From Puccinia triticina (taxonomy: Eukaryota), in contig CP110440.1 in the NCBI GenBank assembly GCA_026914245.1, positions 1,860,001 through 1,924,000 of the forward strand: a DNA stretch of 64,000 nucleotides. The letters are read 5' to 3'. The stretch's first letter is position 1. Every line of letters begins with the position of its first letter. This document shows positions 1 to 12,473 of the stretch, in pieces. A program made the position numbers and the translations under genes. A model generated the notes under the pieces. It saw only the letters and a list, made by a program, of their open reading frames with translations. It had not been told where the DNA came from and made no database searches.

Positions 1-179
1 CATGAAGAAGGAAATCGAGGAGAGAAGAAACGGGGTCGAGCTTACCTAGCCGGGAGAGAGGAGGAACTCTCTGCCGGACTAGGGAAGCGAGCAGCTCGGA
101 CTAAGTAATTCGATGCGCGGGGGTCACGTAATCCTGTGACCCTTCGTGTGGAGCCCCATTGATGAGGGGGGGCTTCACA
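1..179 (-). mobile_element. LTR fragment (window edge), related to solo LTR at 16337-17388
   Basis: Ends GGGGGGGCTTCACA (TGTGAAGCCCCCCC on minus). Same motif order (CTTACCT..GGAGAGAG..CTCTCTGC..GACTAGG..CTAAGTA) as 17245-17388. Confidence 0.5.
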
Positions 180-273
180 CTGGGTGGTTGGTTGGTAGTG
201 CTCATGGGTCAATCCAACAGCCCTCCATACTGTGGTGATACATCATGGTAGCAGACTAACATACAACTCAACA

Positions 274-607
274 TGTCTGAAGTCTGTGGATTCTCCTTCT
301 GCATGGGGACTCCTGAATTCAAGAATTTCAAGTTTGGCTGACATAATCACATATGTACATGCGGTTGTGGAGCTGGGTTTCACTGTGCAGCAAAATTCCA
401 AGTCACACCAGGAAACACAGAAAACCATGAAGGAGTGGATCTATTGAAAAGGAGTCAGTGAATAATAGGGTTGAAATTTCATGAGAAAACAGAATCTGAT
501 GTCAAATCAAGCTTAAATCTTGATCTTAAAAAGTTATGAGACAATTCATATAGAAATAACTGATAAAGCCAGACTTTAGGTCAGCTACATTGACTCTAAG
601 GCTGAAA
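274..607 (-). mobile_element. Partial LTR (TGTCAGCCTTAGAGTCA family)
   Basis: Inverted copy of 4030-4363 with about 6 differences. Its start matches the LTRs at 47537 (+) and 43781 (-). No TSD seen. Confidence 0.6.
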
Positions 608-705
608 AGTGGACACAGGTACCTGTTGGCACTTGGGTACTGCATCAATTTTCACCCAAACCCAACACCTGGCATTGCACCCGGAAATGCGGGAGGAGGG
701 TACCT

Positions 706-1611
706 CACCAGGAAAAAAAAGTAGTCACTTGATGGCAAGTGACATGACACAGCTTTGTTTTCAGCTCCAACACTGCTCCAATGCTGCTCCTATCCAACAG
801 CACATCTAGGGCTTGCATGACAGGTTTCAGGATCAAAGCATTCAATGGGACAAAACCAGATGATGCTCAGCTTTGGCCCTAGCCCAGCTGATGCTCAGCT
901 TTTACCCTGGCTCAGCTGATGCTCAGTTTTTACCCTGGCCCAGCTGATGCTCAGCTTTGGCACCGGCCACCTGATGATCATCTTTGACCCTGGCACAGCT
1001 GATGCTCAGCCTTGGATGTGGCTCAGCTGATGCTCAGCTTTGGCCCTAGCCTAGCTGATTTTCAGCTCTGGTCCTGTCCAAGCTAATCCCCATGTTTTTC
1101 CCTGGCCTGGCTCAGCTGACACTCAGCAAGCTGAGCATCAGCTGGCCAGCTGGCCCAGGACTGGATCAAAGCTGAGCATCAGCTGGGACAGAACTAGGAA
1201 AAGGCTGAGCAAGGACTGGTACAAAGCTGATCATCAGCTGTACCAGGACTAGTACAAAGCTGATCATCAGCTGTACCAGGACTAGTACAAAGCTGAGCAT
1301 CAGCTGGGCAAGGACTAGTAAAAATGTTTTATTACAATTCTGAGATTGAGCTGCGTGAAAAAGCTGAGTATGAGCTGAGCAAAAAAGCTGAGTATGAGCT
1401 GGGTACCAAAGCTGAGTATTAGCTGGACAAAACTGAGGATCATTTGGGCTCATCAAAAACTGAATAGGACCTCCTTGGTAAATTTTGGAAGTTGAGGAGA
1501 CAGTTGGGAGATTGGGGTAGATAGTGGATAGATATTGGATAGATGTTGGGTAGCTGGCTGGAGCTGGTGTGATGTCACTTGTCATCAACTGACTATTTTA
1601 TTTTCCTGGTG
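706..1611. mobile_element. Non-autonomous CACTA/CMC-like TIR element (CACCAGG termini)
   Basis: ~40-bp TIR CACCAGGAAAAAAAA.TAGTCACTTGATGGCAAGTGACAT / ...TTCCTGGTG. 3-bp TSD CCT. Internal CAGCTGATGCTCAGC repeats in both orientations. Sister copy at 50455-51566. Confidence 0.85.
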
Positions 1612-1814
1612 CCTGTGGGTTACCCTAAACCTTTACCACACAAAACAAGGTTGATTGAATAAAGAACCAAAAAAAGGAAACTTCAACTGCAAGAATCAGT
1701 GTCAGTAAATTATTGTGGGAGGGGTTGGAGTGCTTGATCCAGGAGTAATGTAATGTTGTGTGCCAACGCTTAGCTAGAGGAGTATTCATACTCTTGGCAT
1801 CACCCAGCCTGACA

Positions 1815-2660
1815 ATGGCCGAGCAGGTAGAGGTACCTGCTCGGCGAGCTTTTACCTTCTTGGCTAGTAGGTCAACCTGCTGGCCGAGCCGGAGCAGCAT
1901 TGTACCTGCTCGGCGACCAGGTCATCCTGATGGCCAAGCAGGTAAAAGTATCCTCTTGGTGAGCTTTTACCTGCTTGGCCAGCAGGATGACCTGCCGGCC
2001 GAGCCGGAGCAGGTACCTGTAACTGTAGCTGCTTGGAAAGCAGGTCATCCTGATGGCCGAGCAGGTAAAAGTAGCCTCTTGGCGAGCTTTTACCTGCTTG
2101 GCGAGTCGGTCAACCTGCTCCAAGCAGGTACTGCTACCTGCTTGGCCAGCAGGATGACCTGCCGGCCGAGCCGGAGCAGGTACCTGTAACTGTACCTGCT
2201 CGGCAAGCAGGTCATCCTGATGGCCGAGCAGGTAAGTGTACCCTCTCGGCGATATTTTACCTGCTTGGCCAGCAGGATGACCTGCCGGCCGAGCCGGAGC
2301 ACAGGTACCTGCTCCAGCTCGGCCGGCAGGTCATCCTGCTGGCCGAGCAGGTAAAAGTACCCTCTCGGCGAGCTTTTACCTGCTCGGCGAGTAGGTCAAC
2401 CTGCTCGCCGAGCAGGTGCTCAGGTGCCTGGCAACAAGGTACTGTTACCTGCCTGGCCAGCAGGTTGACCTGCTCGCTGACCAGGTACCTGAACCTGCTC
2501 GGCCAGCAGCTTGGCAGGTTGACCTACTGGCGAAGCAGGTATAAGTACCTGCTTGGCAAGCAGGCTGACCTGCTCGCCAAGGAGGTGCCTCTAAGTGATT
2601 GGCCAGCACTGCTCGCCAGTCTGAGCAGGCTGCTTGGACCGGCAAGTCGACGTCTTGGAC
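1815..2660. repeat. Palindromic ACCTGCTCGGC..GAGCAGGT tandem module
   Basis: Dozens of ACCTGC / GCAGGT motifs in ~120-bp higher units. Mirrored at ~6420-7144 and continued at 8187-8360. Confidence 0.85.
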
Positions 2661-3512
2661 CAGCAAGCAGGCTCCGGCCACTGTGGTTCAACGTGCTAAC
2701 TGCCGGAGGGCTCCTCCCCGGGAAAGTTATCCAGGGAGGGTAACTTCTCCCCGGAGAGGTTCTCTTGACCAGTTTGATTTTGTTGGATGAGCTAACAACC
2801 GATGATTCAAAATCATCGGCTGTTGACCCACCGATGATTCGAAATCATCGGTGAGTTAACAGCCAATATTCATTTTGCTCGGTGGGTCCGCAACCAAGCT
2901 TTCATATGATTGGTTATGAATGACCAATCATATGAAAGCTTGGTTGAACTGTCAACCGAGCTTCCATTGCTTGATTGGTGGCGGCCAAGGTTAACTCGGC
3001 TGGCCACTGATCGAGGAATTCAATTCCTCGGCCAGACAGCCTGCCAATTTTGGCTCGGCCGCGGAGCAGCCAAGTTTGAATTGGGTGGCAAAACCCTTGG
3101 GTTACTGTCCCCCAATGTCAATTCGGATGCGGATTGCATTGGATGCGCGCAACCAATGTTAAATCGGCTGTGTGCATCCCAGACTAACAGGGATGCACGC
3201 ATCCAAGGCTTATATGCTGGCAGTGGCACGCTCCACTCACGGTTCCATCACGACGTTGTTTGGTTCACTGATTCTTTGGGCTAGCAAGAGGCAACCTTCT
3301 GTGGCAACATCAACATGTCATGCTGGATTCATGGCGCTAGGCTGGGCGGCGCGACATGCAGTGAGCAACCTGGTTGCCCGCGGGGCAATTTCCAGATGGC
3401 TGATTGAAATGAGCGTAAAGTCTGCGGGGGTGTCCGTTGCGCGGGTGGCGACCTTGGCAGCTGGGCTTGGGCCTTGGGCCGGCGGCGGGCTGTGGAGTTG
3501 ACGCCCTGGGGG

Positions 3513-3541
3513 TGCGGCGGCGTAGCCGCCTTGTACTCTAG
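3513..3541 (+). mobile_element. Helitron 3' terminus
   Basis: GC hairpin GGCGGC-GTA-GCCGCC, short spacer, CTAG followed by T. Confidence 0.7.
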
Positions 3542-4029
3542 TTTCCCATATTTCTCTCTTGTTTCTATTTTATATATTACTAGTGCCCAAGGCAGTTTTG
3601 CCACTGAAAATCTCATGCATAATCATTTGACTCATTCAGCCCTGGATAGTGTTGGAGTGAACCACCTGGAACAGCAGAACACAATGCAGGGAGTTGGTGA
3701 AAGTATGAGGAATAGCCTTACACTTCTTCTGCTCCAGATGACTGAGACATGAGATGTCACAGAAAGTGGAATTTACCACACATGTGGTTCAAGGAAAGAA
3801 AAGAAAGAAAATAAGGAAACAAAACAACTCAACTCAACAGATAGTATAGTTGTGCAACACAATAAGCATAATTTTTGAGGACCAGATTACACCTGCTACC
3901 AGTTCAGCCAGAGTAGACCATATCAATGGTATAGGTTGGGTTGTATTTCTCATATTAGCCTCAAAACAGATGAACATAACTCTTCATGATGTTTCATAGT
4001 TTTCCAGATCATCATCTTTCAATATAGCT

Positions 4030-4363
4030 TTTCAGCCTTAGAGTCAATGTAGCTGACCTAAAGTCTGGCTTTATCAGTTATTTCTATATGAATTGTCTCA
4101 TAACTTTTTAAGATCAAGATTTAAGCTTGATTTGACATCAGATTCTGTTTTCTCATGAAATTTCAACCTTATTATTCACTGACTCCTTTTCAATAGCTCC
4201 ACTCCTTCATGGTTTTCTGTGTTTCCTGGTTTGACTTGGAATTTTGCTGCACAGTGAAACCCAGCTCCACAACCGCATGTACATATGTGATTATGTCAGC
4301 CAAACTTGAAATTCTTGAATTCAGGAGTCCCCATGCAGCCGGAGGATCCACAGACTTCAGACA
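4030..4363 (+). mobile_element. Partial LTR (TGTCAGCCTTAGAGTCA family) at the start of the inverted-repeat spacer
   Basis: Starts TTTCAGCCTTAGAGTCAATGTAGCTGACCTAAAG. Shares GGATCCACAGACTTCAG with the LTR at 47537. Confidence 0.6.
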
Positions 4364-5051
4364 TACCGCTCTTCATGTTTTCCTTGGGCTTGTGGATCCA
4401 ACAGAAGAGGGGCTTGCAGTAGGGGTTGAGGGATCAGAGTGGTTTTCCATTGAAGCAGTAAATCACCTGGGAAAGGTACTTCACAAAGGCAGAGTTGGAT
4501 CAGGCAATCATAGGAATTTTCTCAACTCAAGCACTAGGAAGAGGGGACTGTTGCTGTTTCTGGGCAAAGAATAACTTCCAGAGTTCCTTATGGGAGGCAT
4601 CTTTGGGGATGTTTCTGACCAAGAGCACATGCTGGGAGTGGATGGGTGGCTTGATATCTTAGGCCCCATTTGGCAAGGCCTAGTGTCATATGCAGTAATA
4701 ATACCAAAGAAGGTTTATGAACTTTATTGGGATTATTACCAGGCTTACAGTATTCTATGTGGCCGTTTGGGACGACCACTGTCATGTAGCACTGAGGCTT
4801 TGGTTTGAGGTGGGTGGGAAGGGAAGTAGAGATTGCCAAGTGGACCTGTGAGACTTGCAAAAAGAAAAGAGCAAACAAAAAGTAAAAATCAAGCAACCAT
4901 CACTTTTGGAAGTCAAATCCACTCAAGAGGAGGGTCTAGGGGTGCTGCATAAAACAGTTTGTGCAGTAAAAATCTTCTGAATCATTTTGGAAAGTCTGAG
5001 AGAGAAATTTTGAATGTTTAAACCCAAAAACCAAGAGAATTAGTTAAAGCC

Positions 5052-7191
5052 AAGCTATATTGACAGATGATGATCTGGAAAACTATGAAACATCATGAAG
5101 AGTTATGTTCATCTGTTTTGAGGCTAATATGAGAAATACAACCCAACCTATACCATTGATATGGTCTACTCTGGCTGAACTGGTAGCAGGTGTAATCTGG
5201 TCCTCAAAAATTATGCTTATTGTGTTGCACAACTATACTATCTGTTGAGTTGAGTTGTTTTGTTTCCTTATTTTCTTTCTTTTCTTTCCTTGAACCACAT
5301 GTGTGGTAAATTCCACTTTCTGTGACATCTCATGTCTCAGTCATCTGGAGCAGAAGAAGTGTAAGGCTATTCCTCATACTTTCACCAACTCCCTGCATTG
5401 TGTTCTGCTGTTCCAGGTGGTTCACTCCAACACTATCCAGGGCTGAATGAGTCAAATGATTATGCATGAGATTTTCAGTGGCAAAACTGCCTTGGGCACT
5501 AGTCATATATAAAATAGAAACAAGAGAGAAATATGGGAAACTAGAGTACAAGGCGGCTACGCCGCCGCACCCCCAGGGCGTCAACTCCACAGCCCGCCGC
5601 CGGCCCAAGGCCCAAGCCCAGCTGCCAAGGTCGCCACCCGCGCAACGGACACCCCCGCAGACTTTACGCTCATTTCAATCAGCCATCTGGAAATTGCCCC
5701 GCGGGCAACCAGGTTGCTCACTGCATGTCGCGCCGCCCAGCCTAGCGCCATGAATCCAGCATGACATGTTGATGTTGCCACAGAAGGTTGCCTCTTGCTA
5801 GCCCAAAGAATCAGTGAACCAAACAACGTCGTGATGGAACCGTGAGTGGAGCGTGCCACTGCCAGCATATAAGCCTTGGATGCGTGCATCCCTGTTAGTC
5901 TGGGATGCACACAGCCGATTTAACATTGGTTGCGCGCATCCAATGCAATCCGCATCCGAATTGACATTGGGGGACAGTAACCCAAGGGTTTTGCCACCCA
6001 ATTCAAACTTGGCTGCTCCGCGGCCGAGCCAAAATTGGCAGGCTGTCTGGCCGAGGAATTGAATTCCTCGATCAGTGGCCAGCCGAGTTAACCTTGGCCG
6101 CCACCAATCAAGCAATGGAAGCTCGGTTGACAGTTCAACCAAGCTTTCATATGATTGGTCATTCATAACCAATCATATGAAAGCTTGGTTGCGGACCCAC
6201 CGAGCAAAATGAATATTGGCTGTTAACTCACCGATGATTTCGAATCATTGGTGGGTCAACAGCCGATGATTTTGAATCATCGGTTGTTAGCTCATCCAAC
6301 AAAATCAAACTGGTCAAGAGAACCTCTCCGGGGAGAAGTTACCCTCCCTGGATAACTTTCCCGGGGAGGAGCCCTCCGGCAGTTAGCACGTTGAACCACA
6401 GTGGCCGGAGCCTGCTTGCTGGTCCAAGACGTCGACTTGCCGGTCCAAGCAGCCTGCTCAGACTGGCGAGCAGTGCTGGCCAATCACTTAGAGGCACCTC
6501 CTTGGCGAGCAGGTCAGCCTGCTTGCCAAGCAGGTACTTATACCTGCTTCGCCAGTAGGTCAACCTGCCAAGCTGCTGGCCGAGCAGGTTCAGGTACCTG
6601 GTCAGCGAGCAGGTCAACCTGCTGGCCAGGCAGGTAACAGTACCTTGTTGCCAGGCACCTGAGCACCTGCTCGGCGAGCAGGTTGACCTACTCGCCGAGC
6701 AGGTAAAAGCTCGCCGAGAGGGTACTTTTACCTGCTCGGCCAGCAGGATGACCTGCCGGCCGAGCTGGAGCAGGTACCTGTGCTCCGGCTCGGCCGGCAG
6801 GTCATCCTGCTGGCCAAGCAGGTAGCAGTACCTGCTCGGAGCAGGTTGACCGACTCGCCAAGCAGGTAAAAGCTCGCCAAGAGGCTACTTTTACCTGCTC
6901 GGCCATCAGGATGACCTGCTTTCCAAGCAGCTACAGTTACAGGTACCTGCTCCGGCTCGGCCGGCAGGTCATCCTGCTGGCCAAGCAGGTAAAAGCTCAC
7001 CAAGAGGATAATTTTACCTGCTTGGCCATCAGGATGACCTGGTCGCCGAGCAGGTACAATGCTGCTCCGGCTCGGCCAGCAGGTTGACCTACTAGCCAAG
7101 AAGGTAAAAGCTCGCCGAGCAGGTACCTCTACCTGCTCGGCCATTGTCAGGCTGGGTGATGCCAAGAGTATGAATACTCCTCTAGCTAAGC
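5052..7191 (-). repeat. Right arm of long inverted duplication (probable source copy)
   Basis: Reverse complement of 1768-4030. Continues seamlessly into the solo LTR 7145-8181 and the repeat module beyond it. Confidence 0.95.
5541..5569 (-). mobile_element. Helitron 3' terminus (duplicate of 3513-3541)
   Basis: A|CTAGAGTACAAGGCGGCTACGCCGCC. Confidence 0.7.
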
Positions 7192-8181
7192 CGTCGACAG
7201 AGCACAGTGCGATGTAGCGCGCAGCAAATGCGCGGTAGAAGTGCGAAGTAGCTTAGGAAAAGCTACTTCTAATGAAACAAAAAAAGAGGTTAACGGAGGG
7301 GCCAGGGGCGCCTGGGGTGGTTTAGTGCCCTCCGCGGTTCTTACAGGGCCTGCGCACGAAATGCGCAGGGGTTTTTGTGTCCTGTGACTTCTGGGGCCCT
7401 TGGAAAGGGGTAGTTGCGCGATTACTCGCACCCAGGAGACAGTTTGGGATAAAATCCCGATAGAAAAGGGAAAAAACGCAGACTTACTCTCAGCAAGGGT
7501 CTGCGGTAAAAAAGACTACCAATTCAAGTAAACCAAGGTCGAGGCAAGGTCCGGCTAGCGCACAGGTCAATTAGACAAGGGCAAGACGGGCAAAGCTTTG
7601 AAGTGGTTATAAATGTATCTGGGGGACCTTTAATCACCCAAAGGCCCCCATTTATATAGACGAGCTACAACCGGTAGGGTTGTAGCTCTATGTGGTTACG
7701 CTTCCTTTGGCTCTTTGGCCAGAGGAATAGCGCGTTGACAGGAGCTTCCGAGGATTCTATGATCCAAGTCGCTCCTGTCAGTCATCTATTGGAGATGACG
7801 GATTCTCTCCTCAAACCAAGGGATGTTTTCCTGTTCATCTGCGGCCGGAGATGTACAGTAGTTCACTTTATTACTACACTCCTCCGGCCGTTTTCACATC
7901 AATTCTTTGGTTGATGTTTCTCCTAGTTCGATCGAACTGGAGAATATCTTGCGACCTGTTCTCTTGGCCTGAGAACGGGTTTTTTAACCTGTTCAATGCT
8001 TTTTTCCTCCGGCCAATTCCTTCGGCGGGAGTTCTGTCACTCGCTCCTTAGGTCGTAGTCGCTAAGGCCGGGTAGTTTTAGCGACTGCTTGGTGCTCTGC
8101 GCCGCAGTTTAGTATGTAAATTTAATGGCACAGCTAGATTAGTTAGCCGGGCTCTAACTTATTATAGTAGCCCGGCTGACA
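7145..8181. mobile_element. Solo LTR (1037 bp)
   Basis: TGTCAG...CTGACA termini. Perfect 5-bp TSD GCCAT. Interrupts the ACCTGC module. Confidence 0.9.
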
Positions 8182-8477
8182 GCCATCATGATGACCTGCT
8201 CGCCAAGCAGGTGCTTTTACCTGCTTGGTAAGCAGGTTGACCTGCTCTTCAAGCAGATACCTGTAGCTGCTTTGAAGCGGGAACAAGTACCTGCTTGCCG
8301 AGCAGGTACAGGCATGTGCTGCTTGCCGAGCAGGTACAGTCATGTGCTGCTCGCTGAGCAGCAACGGTGAAACCAATGTGAGAGTGAGGTTTGATTGAAA
8401 AAACCCTCGCGGGTACCGCTGGTACCCGCCCGGCGGTGCCGGGTACCTGATTTTGGTAAAAAAGACACGGGTACTGG

Positions 8478-9228
8478 CGAACTTAACGCAGTCCCTCCGA
8501 GGAGGTCGCGCGCAGCGCAACATCCGCAGGAGGGACTTGCCCGCAAGCGGTGAATGTTGGCACAGGAGGAACTTGATTTTTTGCCAAATTCCCAAAATTT
8601 TCAGTAATCTGCTAGTCCCTCCCTCAACTTAGCAAATTCATTCCTTTTCTTTGACCAAATGAAAGATCTCCATGTTGCGGAGAGGACCACATTTTCAAAG
8701 AATTCATTATCCAATTTCTACAACCTGTAATCAGAGCAGTAAATCATCCAACTCCCTTCTTAGGTGGAGGGTTGAGTAAATCTATAAAGCGCCCTCGGAT
8801 AGGCTTGAATACTTTTTTTACCTTCAAGGTTAGACAGATTGGTGACACATCATGTTCAGTTTTCTTAGCTAATCTTGCTTTGTAGGTTGACCTCATTCAA
8901 CTGTCAGTGAGCGTGTGAGTTTATGGTCTCTCAGGTTTCCAGTGCATTCCTCAATCATTTTTGCCTTTGAAGCGCCCGGACAAGTAAGAATGTAGGAATG
9001 AAGGAATGGGGAAAGGATAGGAATGAAGCCATGCTTCTTAGGTATCATTTGATCCAACACACCATGCAGGAAACCTTTGAGGTGGGGGTTTAAAACTGAT
9101 TTAAAAATAAAGACCTGGCATCGAGGCAGATTTTCTGTTCCTGCCACCCCAGCTTTCACCGCTTAGGTGTAAGTCCCTCCTGCGGAGGGCCCTTCGGGCC
9201 CCCCTCGGAGGGACTTTGATAAGTTCGG
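8478..9228. mobile_element. Degenerate TIR element core
   Basis: Inverted pairs CGAACTTA/TAAGTTCG, AGTCCCTCCGAGG/CCTCGGAGGGACT and CCGCAGGAGGGACTT/AAGTCCCTCCTGCGG. True ends not resolved. Confidence 0.45.
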
Positions 9229-9592
9229 GGTAATGGCGGTGTCAACCCTTGAGACATTTAGAACATCCAAGAGAGTTGCAAAATATCATAACTACTAATA
9301 TAATATAAAATTGTATCAGATGTGCAGGCGCAGAGATTAAACTGTTCTAATTAAATGTAAACGCAGAGCACAGAGCGTAGAGCTAAAGAATGTGTAATGA
9401 TAAGCTATGTGATAGATCAATGCTATGGAGCGCAAGAGCTGCGCGCAAGAAAACAGAATAATGCATACATGCTTAAGGTAAGAACAACCAAAAGCTGTAG
9501 AAATGATAATCAAGAATTAACAAACAAAGAAAGCAAATAGTGAAGAAAAACTTTGACATGCATGTCGATGAGAAGATCACAAACAAAGCCAG

Positions 9593-10583
9593 TAGAGATC
9601 GCCTGTGGGTACCCGTTATCCGTGGGTGGGTACCCGCCCGCGGGTGCTGTGTGCGGGTCCGGGTAGGTAAATTTTGGATGGCGGGTACCCGTCCAGGTAC
9701 CCCCTGCAAAAGGTCTGGAGACAAGCAGTCACTGACGGCCTTTTGCAGCGCAATCATGGCCCCCGCTAACCTAACCCTTTTGGTGTCCAGCACATGCTGG
9801 ACGCCAAGAGGGCATACACTCTTGATGTCCGGCACAGAGCGGACATTGGGAGGGTGTATGTATGCCCTATCAATGTTCAGTATGTGCTGGACACCAAGGG
9901 GGCATACACTCTTGATTTCTGGCACAGAGCGGACATTGGGAGGGTGTATGTATGCCCTCTTGATGTCCGGTATGTGCTGGACACCAAGGGGGCATACACT
10001 CTTGATGTCCAGCACAGAGCGGACATTGGGAGGGTGTATGTATGCCCTCTTGATGTCCGGTATGTGCTGGACACCAAGAGGGCATACACTCTTGATGTCC
10101 GGCCCAGACCTGACATCGAGAATTCACACGCAGACATACCCTCTCAATGTCCGGCCCAGACCGGGCACCAAGAGGGTATATACACCCTTGATGACGGTCT
10201 ATTCTGGTTTCAAGGGTGGTGTAAACTCTTGATGACCGGCGCAGACCGGACATTGGGAGGGTATACACACACCCTCTCAATGTCCGGTCTGTGCCGGTCA
10301 TCAAGACTGTATGCCCTCTTGGTGTCCAGCACAGACCGGACATTGAGAGGGTATACATACACCCTCTCAATACCCAGCCCAGGTCAGGCATTGAGAGGGT
10401 ATATACACCCTTGATGACCGGTCTGTGTTGGTCATGAAGAGGTTACACCATCCTCGACGCCACAGGTACCGCCGGTACCTGCCCTACGGGTGCTGGGTCT
10501 GAGTCCGGGTATCTAAATATGCCCAAAATGACCACAGGCACCCGCACCCGCCACGGGTACCCAGGTCCACTCGGTGATCTCTA
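9593..10583. mobile_element. Non-autonomous hAT-like element
   Basis: TAGAGATC(G/A)CC TIR. Perfect 8-bp TSD AAAGCCAG. Subterminal GGGTACCC motifs. Confidence 0.9.
9775..10440. repeat. 90-bp tandem repeat, followed by related units in inverted orientation
   Basis: TATGTGCTGGACACCAAG at 9881, 9971 and 10061. Inverted related units from ~10140. Confidence 0.85.
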
Positions 10584-11408
10584 AAAGCCAGAGAAGAGAG
10601 AATATTTTTCTCTTTGAAATAGTTGGAGAGATTCTCTTCTCCCCCTCAGATAAAAAACACATCAATAATTTTACTCAACTTCCTACCCAAAATCGTAAAC
10701 AAAAAGTAACATACTACTCAGGATGAGTCTGTACTAGACTGCTAAATTTTAGTGCTCAAGTATCAGAATCTTTTATCTAGTATCTTCTTTACTCTACGTT
10801 AGCAATCAGAACAGGAGAATTATTGAGATGAATATCTTGTGACCCTTTTCTCAGATCCGTTAGAACTTGTGAAGCCATTGTACTCAATAGAGATATTTCT
10901 GCCAGGTACTTCCTCTGTAAGTTTAAACTCTCTAACCTTACAAAAGGTTATAGGATAGTCCCCTCTTATAAATATCCTTTCCAAATCACTTTCCATTTTT
11001 ACTATCCATAATGAATATTCCTACAAACACAAATACTATAAAAATTTACTCTTGGGTTTTTTGGTAATAACCCAACCGTGCAATCATAGCCAGAAAGAAA
11101 CCAAAATATCTTAGAAATATCTTTTATCTAACCTCTGATAGACTTCTATTGGAGAGGCTAGCTATAAGCAGCTTAAACAGTCCATAAGGACAAGACGAGT
11201 ACAAGCGCTATAGATGCTAAAATAAATTTCCTCATTCTTCTCTTATATTCTCTTCCTCTCTATTACTGTTGTATCTAGATTTTTATAGTAATTATATATA
11301 TAGAGTTACTAACTCCTTGTCCAGCCTGTTCCCTACGCGGGTACACCAGCTGACAGGCAGTCTAACCGGTACCCAGGTCCATTTTGACATTCTCTATGCC
11401 TTAATGAC

Positions 11409-12080
11409 TGTCCGGCTCCGGTGATCAATGATCAAGGTGTTGAGGGTAATTCGAGCACTTATGCATTTTGGATATGCATTATGTAAATGCAATCGTGGAG
11501 GCTGGGTGTTTCCTGAACTTGCAAGCTCGAAAGCTTCTTTTTCTCTTGGCTTTCTCGCTTACAACCACTCAAGTCAATTGGAATCAAGTACAAGAAGATC
11601 AAGACTCCAAAAGCCCTAGTGATTTGAGAACCAGCGATACAGGTACAAATAAACTATCACATCAAGTATTCAACTAAACATTAACGTCGTACATCCTTTG
11701 AATAAACTCAGCTCGTTCAAGTCAAGAAAACATCAAGTCGGTTTAGGAGGAGTAACTTCAAGTAAACACATTAGGAGTAAAACGTGTTGGTTCTTATATT
11801 TCTAATGTTTAATAATCTTGTTTCTCTTACTAAATCCATGTTGTTTCTAGTAAATTGTTCTTTAGTTTGAGTTCTTATCATTTTTGTTGTCATTGTGTTC
11901 AGTTGTCGTGTATAGGATATTATCTCTATTCAGTTCGTTGTGTTTCTCTTTTACTCTTGGTTGTTTTGTTTTATGTCTCATTGTTGATTCATGATCATTT
12001 TACTTGTTTAGTTTTTCTATTACTACTGGTTGAAAATAAAGTAAAAGATTTACAACAAAGAGTCTCAACGTCACATCACA
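11409..12080 (+). mobile_element. LTR-like segment
   Basis: TGT...ACA ends, T-rich 3' half, AATAAA at ~12035. No TSD found. Confidence 0.35.
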
Positions 12081-12118
12081 CAAGGTGGCCTTGATGAAAT
12101 TCTGGCTCTGTTCATGGC

Positions 12119-12470
12119 AATGCCCGGCAAATGCCTGGCAAATGCCTGGCAAATGCCTGGCAAATGCTTGGCAAATGCCTGGAAAATTCCTGGCAAATGC
12201 CTGGAAAATTCCTGGCAAATGCCTGGAAAATGCCTGGAAAATGCCTGGCAAATGCCTGGAAAATGCCTGGCAAATGCCTGGCAAATGCCTGGAAAATGCC
12301 TTGCAAATGCCTGGCAAATGCCTGGCAAATGCCTGGCAAATGCCTGGCAAATGCCTGGCAAATGCCTGGCAAATGCCTGGCAAATGCCTGGCAAATGCCT
12401 GGCAAATGCCTGGCAAATGCCTGGCAAATGCCTGGCAAATGCCTGGCAAATGCCTGTCAAATGCCTGGCA
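12119..12470. repeat. 11-bp minisatellite (AAATGCCTGGC)n, ~32 units
   Basis: Read directly. Resumes at 13476-13555 and 14414-14500 after two insertions. Confidence 0.95.
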
Positions 12471-12473
12471 CTG

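Larger units (their letters stand above)
1768..4030 (+). repeat. Left arm of long inverted duplication
   Basis: Reverse complement of 5052-7191. Identical ORF translations are mirrored (e.g. 2910-3284 vs 5798-6172). A few SNPs plus ~123 bp of extra repeat unit. Confidence 0.95.
9240..11355. mobile_element. Solo LTR (~1.1 kb) carrying a nested hAT-like element
   Basis: TGTCA...CTGACA termini. TSD GGCGG/GGCAG (one CpG transition). Confidence 0.75.

Noticed and set aside
1758..7165. Duplicated small ORFs as a gene cluster
   Set aside because: Mirror images produced by the inverted duplication of TE-derived DNA; no recognisable domains.
1768..7191. Single foldback/MULE transposon with 2.2-kb TIRs
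   Set aside because: No TSD, and the outer boundary falls inside a solo LTR that continues on one side only.
9473..10414. 170-230-aa ORFs with 30-aa repeats
   Set aside because: Translations of the 90-bp tandem repeat inside a TSD-flanked non-autonomous element; open on both strands.
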